Program-made: the position numbers and the translations under genes
Shown: positions 21,017-30,575 of the stretch, in pieces
Layout: every line of letters begins with the position of its first letter
Numbering within the stretch: the first letter of the stretch is position 1
Virus record (IMG/VR): IMGVR_UViG_3300021256_000072
Span: 32,001-96,000 of that record
Source: a virus
Taxonomy: Duplodnaviria > Caudoviricetes
Strand: one strand, 5' to 3'
DNA: 64,000 nucleotides
Notes under the pieces: model-generated
The model's input: only the letters and a program-made list of their open reading frames with translations
What the model was told of the DNA's origin: nothing
The model's database searches: none

Positions 21017-22229
21017 TATTTTTCTTGTAATAAATGTTTGTAATTACTGACCCAAGAACATCATTATTATCCGTTACTGAAAACAAAATTCCAACATTTT
21101 CATCAGTAGTTTTCGTTGCAGTAATATAGGTTGAATCAGAAAGATAATAAGACTTAGGCCCGTTATTAATTTCAAGAGCTTCTATTGTGACATTATAATT
21201 TCTATAAAGACCTGTTCGAAGCTGAGAAGAAACAACTACCGTATAAAGACATCCTCCCAAATTATTACTATCTCCAGTTCCAGATTGATCATTAATCCAC
21301 ACATTAGATAGTGGATAATAATTAGGATCTGGGATAAGTGTAGATAATGGATAAATAGTTTTAAAAGTAGACCCTTCAACTGACAAAATTTTAACATAGT
21401 TATCATACATTTCTTGATAACTATTATGAAGTGCAGTTAGAGTAGTTTTTACAGCTCCATTACCTATAGACACTCTTTTCCAAGCTGAAGCTATAGGAAA
21501 AACGTAAGTCCCATCTTCATCAGAAACGCCGTTTGAGTATCTAATGAAAATATCTCCATAAACAGGGTCAATTAATTCTTGGGTTCTTCTTCTGACTGTT
21601 GATCCATTTGATGAAGTGTAGTCATAAGTATACTGTCTTAATATAACTACAGTATTATCTACATTATCTGACGAATAATAATTCTTTGAAGACTCTATAG
21701 TATCAGGATCAGTAACAAAAAGGCCTGGAAAAAAATCTCTAGAAACTTTTAAAACACCATTATTTAAAGCAGGTTCTTGAAGTATTACATTAACAGGATC
21801 ATTCGCTTTATCCAAATCTTTAATCCCATTGACAAGATAATCTATTCCTGTCTCAGTCTTTAAAATATAATTATCTACAATGCCATTAGTCGATACCCCA
21901 AAATACAGTCTTTGGAGAATATCATAAAGGGCGTGCATCGATATAAATTTATCCTCAAGCTGACTATCGTCCTCGTTATTCTTCATCTTTTCTGCAAATT
22001 CGAAATACTCATCTGCAGTCGATATCATTTCCCCCGGATAAACTTTAAAATTCTCTTTATCTGTTTCAGGATCCCTTCCCATAACAGTAAAGTTTTCTTT
22101 GTTTGTTGGATTTCCTGCAGTACAACGATAAATACAGTCACCTTTTGCTATTAAATCCCCTTTTTCATATTCTGCAGAAGCTGACCAGATAAAAAATGAG
22201 ATCAAGCTTCTTCCATTATTCATTAACAT
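21006..22229 (-). CDS. Baseplate/tail-associated protein with N-terminal CBM5/12-like motif
   Basis: WSASAEYEKGDLIAKGDCIYRC matches the W-x4-Y-x2-GD-x6-Y pattern; operon position. Confidence 0.5.
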   Translation of the reverse strand: MLMNNGRSLISFFIWSASAEYEKGDLIAKGDCIYRCTAGNPTNKENFTVMGRDPETDKENFKVYPGEMISTADEYFEFAEKMKNNEDDSQLEDKFISMHALYDILQRLYFGVSTNGIVDNYILKTETGIDYLVNGIKDLDKANDPVNVILQEPALNNGVLKVSRDFFPGLFVTDPDTIESSKNYYSSDNVDNTVVILRQYTYDYTSSNGSTVRRRTQELIDPVYGDIFIRYSNGVSDEDGTYVFPIASAWKRVSIGNGAVKTTLTALHNSYQEMYDNYVKILSVEGSTFKTIYPLSTLIPDPNYYPLSNVWINDQSGTGDSNNLGGCLYTVVVSSQLRTGLYRNYNVTIEALEINNGPKSYYLSDSTYITATKTTDENVGILFSVTDNNDVLGSVITNIYYKKNNEQ

Positions 22230-22233
22230 AAAA

Positions 22234-24303
22234 TTAATCTACAATAAATATTTTTAGATTTTCTACTATGCTTGGAATAGTAATAGAATACATTCCATTT
22301 TCATCCAGCACTATACTAGTATTATTTATAGAATAGTTATATAACAAATTCTCTCCAGTTTCATCATAAACAGTTATTCTCTTTAATGGAGCTGAAGGAT
22401 TTATGGAGTAAAATCTAATAGTTAGAGGCTTGTTATAATAACCAATAGGACAAGTATCTTCAACCTCCCAATTCTCCGTATTATAGAAGACTCTACAATT
22501 GTAATTTCTATCTTCCACAATAATAGTGTAAATAACTTCAGATGATATTTCTCTATCTATGAAATCATCATCTTGTTTCTCTAAAGCTACCTCTTTTGTT
22601 GTTAAGTCAGAATAAGTATAGGTTGCATTGATACCTTTAACGTCCAAAGCTTTCGTATTAATTCCAGAAACCCCAATATTAGTTAATGAGCTAATTGCTG
22701 ATAAATTATTTAATATCTCTGGATCTGATATAATTTTACCATTTAATACTACATCCGCTCCTGATATAAAATCATTTCCAGGATATTTCTGTAATCTAGG
22801 CGTATCAAATAAACTATAATATTTATCTCTATACAAAACTCGGATAATACACTTCTTACTTTTGACCTCAGGAGAGATAATTATTTTCCCAGTTTCTAGA
22901 ATTTTTTCCCAATCGATGATTTTTATTTTTCTAGTCACTTTTCCACTAGTAGATAAAGTTTCCTGGTATTCAAAATCAGTATCCTTTATCAAATTAGCTT
23001 TACCGGTTCTTAATACATCTGGCTTATTATTAAATGTGTATTGGTTCAGTTCAAAGCCATACTCAGGAATAAATTCAAAAGAGATAGGAGAGCCAGAATC
23101 ATAAACCAGATAACTTTTTGATGTGTGTCCTGAAATAATAGGAGTAATAACTAAGTCAATAGTTTTAGTAAATGAATTATCAAACTCCGTCTTTAACATC
23201 CATAATGGCGAGACAAGTGGCTGATTACCTTTATTATTATCAGACAAACTAACGTACTCTAATTTTCCAACTAAAGTAACATCGCCTTTTGAATAGGTAT
23301 GATCTTGAGAATACTGAGTCTTAATTCTAGCTAAGTCCTTTTTTAAATCTAATAATGGCGTATTAGTCATTTTTTGATTTCCTAAAAGAGTTCCAGTAGT
23401 TAAATCATATAAATTACCATCCCTTACGCTTACTTGATTTATGCTATTCACACTTCCGTACCATTCATCATTCCTAAGTGCAATCGTATTTAAATTTCTC
23501 AAAGGGTCTTTTGATTCATAAAAACAAGATTGTGGAATATCAACAGAAAAATTCTCTACATTACCAAGAGAAGATACGAGAGTTACTATTTTGGTACAAG
23601 TTATTTCCTCGATTAATTCTCTATATTCTTGTGCTGTAGTAAGAACCTTCATTTCTTCAGGCTTAGAGTTATTTCCGTAGTAAAACTTATCTGGATTCAA
23701 TATATTATCATCAGTAGGCCCTAAATAAATAGAAATGATAGGTCTCTTGATAAAATTTACAGCACACTTATTTTCGAAATCAGCATCTAAAATACTATGA
23801 CCGTTTTTACTATTTCCTTCTCCTTGTGATAAAGAGAGAATGCTATCATACAATTCTATCTTATAACAATTTTCTGGAGCGTGAAACTGATAAACTACTC
23901 TTCCTCCTGATAAAATCTTAGACTTAAAATAACCTATAGTATCTGTATCTTCAGTTTTATCAACATAAATGGTAGAGATAGCATATTTAGAAATTTTCTC
24001 TATATCTCCTGGATCATTTCCTATAATTTCTCTAGTCTTGTCTCCATAGAGATCCATTATGTTATAGTCTGAATATTTTCCTTTATCTGGAGATAGCTTA
24101 TAGTTATACTCTTTAAAATCTTTTAAATCTATCGAACTGCTAGAAGATTTGTATTGAATGATCTCAGCCTGTGGAACTAAATCTTCTGGAACAAAATATC
24201 CAGAGGTTACATCCCACTTAGGAGGGAATAGTAAATTTCCTTTCCAGGTATAGTATATAGCAGTAACAACATTATCTAGGTTTCCTAATACTTCTATTCT
24301 CAT
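22234..24303 (-). CDS. Baseplate wedge-associated protein
   Basis: Follows the gp7-like gene with a 4-nt overlap. Internal YSKGDVTLVGKLEYVSLSDNNKGNQP..W motif. Confidence 0.5.
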   Translation of the reverse strand: MRIEVLGNLDNVVTAIYYTWKGNLLFPPKWDVTSGYFVPEDLVPQAEIIQYKSSSSSIDLKDFKEYNYKLSPDKGKYSDYNIMDLYGDKTREIIGNDPGDIEKISKYAISTIYVDKTEDTDTIGYFKSKILSGGRVVYQFHAPENCYKIELYDSILSLSQGEGNSKNGHSILDADFENKCAVNFIKRPIISIYLGPTDDNILNPDKFYYGNNSKPEEMKVLTTAQEYRELIEEITCTKIVTLVSSLGNVENFSVDIPQSCFYESKDPLRNLNTIALRNDEWYGSVNSINQVSVRDGNLYDLTTGTLLGNQKMTNTPLLDLKKDLARIKTQYSQDHTYSKGDVTLVGKLEYVSLSDNNKGNQPLVSPLWMLKTEFDNSFTKTIDLVITPIISGHTSKSYLVYDSGSPISFEFIPEYGFELNQYTFNNKPDVLRTGKANLIKDTDFEYQETLSTSGKVTRKIKIIDWEKILETGKIIISPEVKSKKCIIRVLYRDKYYSLFDTPRLQKYPGNDFISGADVVLNGKIISDPEILNNLSAISSLTNIGVSGINTKALDVKGINATYTYSDLTTKEVALEKQDDDFIDREISSEVIYTIIVEDRNYNCRVFYNTENWEVEDTCPIGYYNKPLTIRFYSINPSAPLKRITVYDETGENLLYNYSINNTSIVLDENGMYSITIPSIVENLKIFIVD

Positions 24304-24842
24304 ACTTGCTTAATTGTTATTGTTTTATAATGATGTATGTCACTACCAGCATGAACTTTAGTACTAACCTTGTGATCTATTACTAAGTTAACTGAACCAA
24401 GATCTGTTTTAAAATCTTCAAAGTACAATAATTCTTCTAAAAACAACAATAAAGAATTATAGTAAAGGGTTTCATCTACTAAAGTATCTTCAGAAGGAAA
24501 AATTGATATCGTTTTGGCATCATAAATAATCTCCTTCTCATTAAAACCTAGATACTTTATCATATATTCTAAAACTCTCTGGGTTCCTTTCACTGAATAA
24601 AACAATGCAGTTAAGTAATTTACTACATCTGCATAATTCTGTATACCAGTAGCAAACATTTCTGCTTCAGAGTCTAGTCTCATGTAGATAAATTTCTTAA
24701 CAGGATCAGTACATTTATCTTGATTTATGCCATCAGAAGACAGTTTTTCCTCGACCTTTTCTGAATTATAGGCAGATAATAACTTCGCTAATTGATCTAC
24801 TACAGTCAGGTTACGAAGGTGTTTTGGAATAAATATTTTCAT
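24300..24842 (-). CDS. Baseplate wedge protein (T4 gp7 / P2 gpI-like)
   Basis: LFYSVKGTQRVLEYMIKYLG (KGT motif); directly after the gp6-like gene. Confidence 0.65.
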   Translation of the reverse strand: MKIFIPKHLRNLTVVDQLAKLLSAYNSEKVEEKLSSDGINQDKCTDPVKKFIYMRLDSEAEMFATGIQNYADVVNYLTALFYSVKGTQRVLEYMIKYLGFNEKEIIYDAKTISIFPSEDTLVDETLYYNSLLLFLEELLYFEDFKTDLGSVNLVIDHKVSTKVHAGSDIHHYKTITIKQV

Positions 24843-24844
24843 TT

Positions 24845-26326
24845 TTATTTTTCAGATGAAGTTATAATTGAACTTATATTGAAATAAGTTTTTGATAGAT
24901 CTTTATTTACAGTCTCTTCACTAACTTCTTCGCCATTCTCAAGGTAAGTTATTGAGATACTTGATACCTCTCGAATATTTGAAATTTTGTCTAAAGTACT
25001 CCTTATTAAAGATAAACTAGTAGCCAAATTTATATTAAACTCTTTAGAATATTCGTCTAAGATATTATTAACTTCTTCATCAACAGGATCAGAAATATCT
25101 ACAAGACTCAGCTTTATATTAAACACTGCATCATAGCTCTTTCCTTCCCTAACTAGAATATTATCGGTTACAAAATATCCCTTTCTATTTTCTCTAAAGT
25201 TATTCACATCAGAAGTAGTTAATTTTGTTTCACCTCTAGGAATATAGAATATTGTAAATTCAGTAGTAGAGTTATTATATTCATAGTAAGTACTTTTCAC
25301 TTTCTCTGGATATAACTCTTTTAAAAGTGCTCCTAAATCTGAATTACTACGAATAATAGAATTTAGATATCTTTCCTTATTTGCATTATAATGAGTAGAT
25401 ACTACCGATTCTCTATTCTTCCCATCGATAAATAATATACCTGGATAAATCTCAGAATCAGAACCGTATCCTCTCGACTCTAACCAACTAGTACCATCAG
25501 AAGTAGTTAATTCAGAGAAAGAGATTAGCTCAGTTCCTTTAAGTCGAACCTTCTTTAATTCAGACTCATTATATTCACTTAATGTAGTGTACTTAAAATA
25601 TCTTGCACTAAGTTTTGTACTGGCGCTATCATCTATAACTCCTGAAAAATATAACCTAGAACCGAAGTCAGGTAAAGTTAGATCGAATATTCTTTTATAC
25701 TCTATATGATCAGAAAAATGTCTAGTTACTGGTACATATCCAGCCTCCCCATCAATCTTTACATACATATCATTACTTAAGTCAGAACTAGTATTGCAAT
25801 TTACGTAATAAGGATTTGAAGATGTAATCACCCAATCTTTATCTACAACCTCTTTAGCTAGAAGTCCTATAATGATAAAAGTTTCCTCATTAGCTATGTC
25901 TGAAACGTTGATTGATAAAGGGGCATAAGTAAATCCTTCTTCAATAGACACAGCCTCAGAACCAGCTTTAGATTCGCCGACGTTTTCATTATAGTATCCT
26001 AAATAATATATTTTAAAATTATTAGATACTACTATTTCGTCAAATAAGTTAAAGGATTGGATTCTATCTGGCTTGAATCTCATTATTACTCTAGGGCAGG
26101 TTCCCCTAAAGACTGAATACATCTGATTTATACAATGAACTATTTTCGAATTCATAAAAGTAGCTGTCTCCAAACTAGCTTCTCTTGCATAAGTTATATT
26201 CTGAACTTCTTCAATATAGGAAGCATTGGCAAGTAACTGTACAAGGAGTTCTACACTATCTCCCTGTAAATTCAAATCAGACGCAATTTGTCTATATAAT
26301 GTTTTGTATTCTAACAGTGATTTCAT
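24845..26326 (-). CDS. Baseplate wedge protein (T4 gp6 / P2 gpJ-like)
   Basis: N-terminal LLVQLLANASY...AREASLETA pattern; gp25-gp6-gp7 gene order. Confidence 0.7.
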   Translation of the reverse strand: MKSLLEYKTLYRQIASDLNLQGDSVELLVQLLANASYIEEVQNITYAREASLETATFMNSKIVHCINQMYSVFRGTCPRVIMRFKPDRIQSFNLFDEIVVSNNFKIYYLGYYNENVGESKAGSEAVSIEEGFTYAPLSINVSDIANEETFIIIGLLAKEVVDKDWVITSSNPYYVNCNTSSDLSNDMYVKIDGEAGYVPVTRHFSDHIEYKRIFDLTLPDFGSRLYFSGVIDDSASTKLSARYFKYTTLSEYNESELKKVRLKGTELISFSELTTSDGTSWLESRGYGSDSEIYPGILFIDGKNRESVVSTHYNANKERYLNSIIRSNSDLGALLKELYPEKVKSTYYEYNNSTTEFTIFYIPRGETKLTTSDVNNFRENRKGYFVTDNILVREGKSYDAVFNIKLSLVDISDPVDEEVNNILDEYSKEFNINLATSLSLIRSTLDKISNIREVSSISITYLENGEEVSEETVNKDLSKTYFNISSIITSSEK

Positions 26327-26331
26327 CTTAC

Positions 26332-26676
26332 TTAATTAAATAAAGTTAGATTAATATTATCAGTTACAGTTCCACCAGCAGTTACTGTAATTACTAAATT
26401 AGCAGTTTCTTCATTAATAATATCTAAAGAATTTACTGAAATGTCTATATCATTTCCGTGCTTAGATCTTATCTTTTGAATTAATGAAGACACTCTTTTA
26501 TTCAACTCTGACCTTAAATCTGACTTCATTACATTAGTTAAAGTAAAATCAAATCCAAGTGAAGAATTACCAGGAATATCTCCCGGATTTACAGTAAGAT
26601 ATATCTTAAATTGATCTAATATATACAACTCTAATTTATAGGTGGACTTTCCTGTAGATAATAAGTATTTTTCCAT
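26332..26676 (-). CDS. Baseplate sheath initiator (T4 gp25-like)
   Basis: 114 aa, YLTVNPGDIPGNSSLGFD resembles the gp25 T..GER...P.FG pattern; precedes the gp6-like gene. Confidence 0.6.
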   Translation of the reverse strand: MEKYLLSTGKSTYKLELYILDQFKIYLTVNPGDIPGNSSLGFDFTLTNVMKSDLRSELNKRVSSLIQKIRSKHGNDIDISVNSLDIINEETANLVITVTAGGTVTDNINLTLFN

Positions 26677-26698
26677 AATAAATTCAGTTTTCTTTATT

Positions 26699-26718
26699 TT
26701 CTATTATAAGGGTGAAGT
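26699..26718 (-). promoter_or_regulatory. Putative late promoter (CTTCAC-C-CTTATAATAGA) upstream of the gp25-like gene
   Basis: Resembles the CTTATAAATAGA elements at 49526-49537, 50222-50233 and 50837-50848; about 25 nt upstream of the ATG. Confidence 0.4.
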
Positions 26719-26826
26719 ATAAAATTTATTAAAGAGCAAAAGGCAGTCCCGTCGAACCGACAATAAGGAGCATTTCCTATATAATTTCAACATAAAACAA
26801 AATAAAGAAAAAAAAAGAATAAACTA

Positions 26827-26913
26827 TCATAAAGACCTCAACCCTCCACGCCATTTCAAAAATTTATTCGGCTATGCCTCAAAAATTTTTTAAAAGCCTT
26901 GAGGTCTTTATGA
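26827..26913. repeat. Perfect 15-bp inverted repeat (TCATAAAGACCTCAA / TTGAGGTCTTTATGA) enclosing a 10-bp direct repeat TCAAAAATTT
   Basis: Arms at 26827-26841 and 26899-26913. Confidence 0.9.
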
Positions 26914-26915
26914 AG

Positions 26916-26936
26916 TACGAATATTTCATATTCGTA
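26916..26936. repeat. Perfect 9-bp hairpin TACGAATAT-TTC-ATATTCGTA
   Basis: Read directly; 2 nt after the 15-bp inverted repeat. Confidence 0.85.
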
Positions 26937-27117
26937 TGAAACTTGAAGAAGATATTTAGATTTCTATTAAAGGAAAATAGGAAAAATTCTTTATTTTTTC
27001 ACTATTTTTATGTAAATATATAATATAGTATAATAAAAATAAAGAATGATTGATTATATCCTTTTATCTCTTTATATATGAAGAAATCAATTCGGAAATA
27101 CTCCCAATTGTCTTGTT

Positions 27118-29088
27118 ATGAAAAAGGTAAAAATTAATGTTCCATCTGGAATTAGGTTTATTAGTGAGTGGAATGGGTTTAAACTTCCTGAATCTCCTAG
27201 TATTATAAATAAACAAGTCACTGGATGTGGTTTTACAGAGTATTGTATCTTATCTCCGGATAACGTGATTTTATGTTCTCCAAGAAAGATTTTACTAGAG
27301 AACAAAGAAGATCAACATCCTGAGGTTCTCTATGTTAAAAATGATTTAGAAGTTCCAGTACCAGTTGACAAAGATCTAACTTGCGAAAAACCTACGTCTT
27401 CTGATGATGTAGCAATTTCTCAAAATGCCGAGATCTTGAAGAAAATTGAGATAATAAAACAACAGGTTCGACAATATGCTATGCAGAGAAAACTGGCAAA
27501 TGAACCTATAAAAATATTAGTTACTTACGATTCATTCAGGTACGTAAAAGATGCTATAGGAGACCTTTCAGACTTTTATGTAGTTGTTGATGAGTTTCAG
27601 AGTATATTCACTGATAGCAAGTTTAAGTCTACAACTGAGTTAGAGTTTCTTCGACACATAGGAAATATTCAAAAAGTCTGTTTCGCTTCGGCTACTCCAA
27701 TGATCGATAAATATCTAAATATGCTTGATGAATTTAAAGATCTTCCATACTACGAATTGGATTGGGGAAAAGAAGAGCCTGATAGAATAACTGAACCTTA
27801 TATAGAGCTGTATCCAAGTAGAAGTATTCTTCAAGAAGCTGTAGAAGTTGTTAAGTCTTATAAAGAAGGCCGATTTGATAAACACGTATTACCAGATCTT
27901 ACGGAAGTAGAAAGTAAGGAGTGTGTTATTTATGTCAATTCGGTTAAGAATATTTGTGATATAGTTAAAAAGGCTGGATTGACAATAGATGAGACTAATA
28001 TAATATGCTCAAGAACTCCAGAGAATGAAAAGAAACTAAGGACATTATTCGGGCTACCTAAAGATCAATCAGCTATAGGAAAAGTGCCATTAATGCACAT
28101 GCCAAGAAAAATGTTTACTTTATGTACTAGAACAGTTTATCTAGGAGCTGATTTTTATAGTCCTTGTGCTAAAACTTATATCTTCAGTGATGCTAATATA
28201 GATTGTCTTGCTGTGGATATTACGCTTGACCTCCCTCAAATAATGGGAAGACAGAGAATGAAAGAAAATCCGTGGAAAGATTGTGCTGATTTATATTTCC
28301 GTCCGATTAAGTCTACAGAAACCTGGGATGAGTTTTTAGCTAAGCTCAATAAAAAGGTAGAAAAAACTAACTCTCTTCTTAAATCGTATGAAGAAGTGAC
28401 AGATAAACATACTCTAGCTGAAACTTATCAATATGTAGCTAAAAGTGCAAACTATAAAGATAATTATATTGCAGTAAACAAACATGCTGGAAAAGATCTT
28501 GTTCCGGTATTTAATAATCTAGTAATGGTGTCTGAAATGAGATCATTCGAAATTCAACAAATAGATTATAAAGACAGGTTTACAGTTCTTTTAGCGGTTA
28601 AAGATCAAGGGTGTAGAGCAAGTAGCAATAGAATAAATGAATATGTAAGAAATTTTGATATTGCTAATAACTTTATAGATAAAATGAAGTATCTGTGTTC
28701 TCTGGATATTGATCAAGAAGAGTGGGTAAAATTAGAGAAACGAATCCCAATAGAGTATAGAAATTATATCAATGTTCTAGGAAGAGATAAAATAAAATCG
28801 TTAAGTTATCAAAAATCAAAACTAGAAGCTGAATACTGCAGATTGAAGTCAAATCAAAATATTCAGTGTATGTTAGAGAACTTAATATACTCGGCTTTTA
28901 TTGTCGGAGAAAGGTATCCTAAATCTTGGATTAAAGAAAAGTTAGGAGAAATTTATGAGCAAGTCGGATATAAATTAACTCCAAAAGCTACAGATCTCGA
29001 GCGGTATTTTAAAATAAAAGCTGTAAATTATATTGATAAAAAGACCAAGAAAAAAGAAAACGGATATAATATAATTAATAAATTATGA
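27118..29088 (+). CDS. SF2 helicase-like protein with degenerate Walker A; possible origin/DNA-binding protein
   Basis: TGCGFT (Walker A position, no Lys), VVVDEFQ (Walker B), SAT (motif III), CTRTVYLGADF (V), QIMGRQR (VI); basic helical C-terminus. Confidence 0.7.
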   Translation: MKKVKINVPSGIRFISEWNGFKLPESPSIINKQVTGCGFTEYCILSPDNVILCSPRKILLENKEDQHPEVLYVKNDLEVPVPVDKDLTCEKPTSSDDVAISQNAEILKKIEIIKQQVRQYAMQRKLANEPIKILVTYDSFRYVKDAIGDLSDFYVVVDEFQSIFTDSKFKSTTELEFLRHIGNIQKVCFASATPMIDKYLNMLDEFKDLPYYELDWGKEEPDRITEPYIELYPSRSILQEAVEVVKSYKEGRFDKHVLPDLTEVESKECVIYVNSVKNICDIVKKAGLTIDETNIICSRTPENEKKLRTLFGLPKDQSAIGKVPLMHMPRKMFTLCTRTVYLGADFYSPCAKTYIFSDANIDCLAVDITLDLPQIMGRQRMKENPWKDCADLYFRPIKSTETWDEFLAKLNKKVEKTNSLLKSYEEVTDKHTLAETYQYVAKSANYKDNYIAVNKHAGKDLVPVFNNLVMVSEMRSFEIQQIDYKDRFTVLLAVKDQGCRASSNRINEYVRNFDIANNFIDKMKYLCSLDIDQEEWVKLEKRIPIEYRNYINVLGRDKIKSLSYQKSKLEAEYCRLKSNQNIQCMLENLIYSAFIVGERYPKSWIKEKLGEIYEQVGYKLTPKATDLERYFKIKAVNYIDKKTKKKENGYNIINKL

Positions 29089-29708
29089 GTAAATTATCAA
29101 TTTTTAAAGAATCCATCTTATCAGGTGCATTCATTGGTTTGGCAGGAATAACGTATCTTTCTGTTGGTGGAATCCCAGGAGCCGTAGGGTTTTCGTTAGG
29201 ATTAGTTCTAGTATGTTTTTACAGCTCTTTCCTATATACGGGAAAAGCAGGCTCCTATCCAACAAATGATGGGGTACTGAACTTTATTGGTACTGTGTTC
29301 GGATTAATACTGGTAGGAAATATTGTTGGATGTGCATTAATTGGTTATTGTGCATCTAATTGTGCCAGTCCTTTAGCATCAGATTCTCTTTCTAAAATCG
29401 TAGAGAATAGAGAATCTTCCCAAATTTTTACAACTCTTATTAAATCTATTATGTGTGGAATAATAATGGATAATATAGTAAGAGCATATAAATTAACAAA
29501 TAACCCAATTCCTATTTTACTTGGCGTTCCAGCTTTCATACTATGTGGGTTTTATCATAGTATAGCAGATAGTTTTTATTATTCATTTGCACTATTTTCT
29601 GGAATTCAAGTTGGAACCGGGTGTTTGATAACTTGGATTGTTTCTATTATTGGAAATTTTATTGGTTGTAATTTTAAAAGGATCTTAGATTATGGAGATA
29701 GTTACTAA
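29085..29708 (+). CDS. Short formate/nitrite transporter (FNT) family channel
   Basis: About 6 hydrophobic helices. SILSGAFIGL, FSLGL...LYTGK, GNIVG, FILCGFYHSIAD and final GNFIG match FNT signatures. Confidence 0.8.
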   Translation: MSKLSIFKESILSGAFIGLAGITYLSVGGIPGAVGFSLGLVLVCFYSSFLYTGKAGSYPTNDGVLNFIGTVFGLILVGNIVGCALIGYCASNCASPLASDSLSKIVENRESSQIFTTLIKSIMCGIIMDNIVRAYKLTNNPIPILLGVPAFILCGFYHSIADSFYYSFALFSGIQVGTGCLITWIVSIIGNFIGCNFKRILDYGDSY

Positions 29709-29955
29709 ATTCAATGTCGGTGATAAAGTGTATTTTATGTATGACAATGGAATTTATGGAGGAACAGTACGATGCATAAAAGCGAGTATATTCCCCCAAG
29801 ACACAAAACTTAGTCCAGAACATGAAAATTATGGGGTAATTTTCAGAAAAGGCGGCCAGGATTTAGGTCTGGATTTCAATGTTCGTGAATTATTTGAAAC
29901 TCCTGATGACGTGGCTTGTGGATTATTAGTCGAGTATCAAGAGAGAACAAAATAA
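29692..29955 (+). CDS. Small hypothetical protein (SH3-like KFNVGDKVYF start)
   Basis: 87 aa, overlaps the FNT gene, followed by a terminator. Confidence 0.6.
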   Translation: MEIVTKFNVGDKVYFMYDNGIYGGTVRCIKASIFPQDTKLSPEHENYGVIFRKGGQDLGLDFNVRELFETPDDVACGLLVEYQERTK

Positions 29956-29960
29956 ATTAA

Positions 29961-30000
29961 AAAAAAAATAAGAGGGAAATTAATCTCTCTTATTTTTTTT
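29961..30000. terminator. Bidirectional intrinsic terminator between convergent genes
   Basis: A8-TAAGAGGGA-AATTAA-TCTCTCTTA-T8. Confidence 0.85.
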
Positions 30001-30002
30001 GT

Positions 30003-30575
30003 TTAGCTAAAGACAAATCCAGCTATAATATCAGTTCCTATTGCAGTTCCAGTAATAGTACTTGGATAACTAGGAATATAAGACATCTTCAAATCCGATA
30101 ATATACTATTTGCCATTGCATCAAATATACTACTATCAGAATTGTAAGCATTTAATAAAACCTCTCTTCCCCAAGTTAAAGTAAGCGAAGGAAATACAAC
30201 TATTGGAGCTATTGGAACTGTGACACTGGTATTTATTATTGTAGTCGTTTTTATTCCGGTATATATAGAATTCATCCAAGCTATCCATTCTATATTTCCA
30301 TCACCGCCTTTAGGATCAGAACATATAGTAGTAACCGATCTTAATCCTGTAGCAAGTAATTTACCATTAGCTACAGGGCTGGTAATTGGTGAGAATGGAG
30401 TTGCTATCAGGTTACCAGTAAAGTTGCCTGAAAAACTAACCTGTTGCTCTAAGTAATCCGCAATAGCATTAACTAAATTTATCATTAATGTAGTTGGAGT
30501 AGACTCAGTAACTTTGTCTAAATAACTGCAAGCTTCCTCTAATTTTATTCCAAGTACACTAGTGGCTTTTGTCAT
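30003..30575 (-). CDS. Hypothetical protein downstream of the spike gene
   Basis: 190 aa, 4-nt overlap with the spike gene. Confidence 0.55.
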   Translation of the reverse strand: MTKATSVLGIKLEEACSYLDKVTESTPTTLMINLVNAIADYLEQQVSFSGNFTGNLIATPFSPITSPVANGKLLATGLRSVTTICSDPKGGDGNIEWIAWMNSIYTGIKTTTIINTSVTVPIAPIVVFPSLTLTWGREVLLNAYNSDSSIFDAMANSILSDLKMSYIPSYPSTITGTAIGTDIIAGFVFS

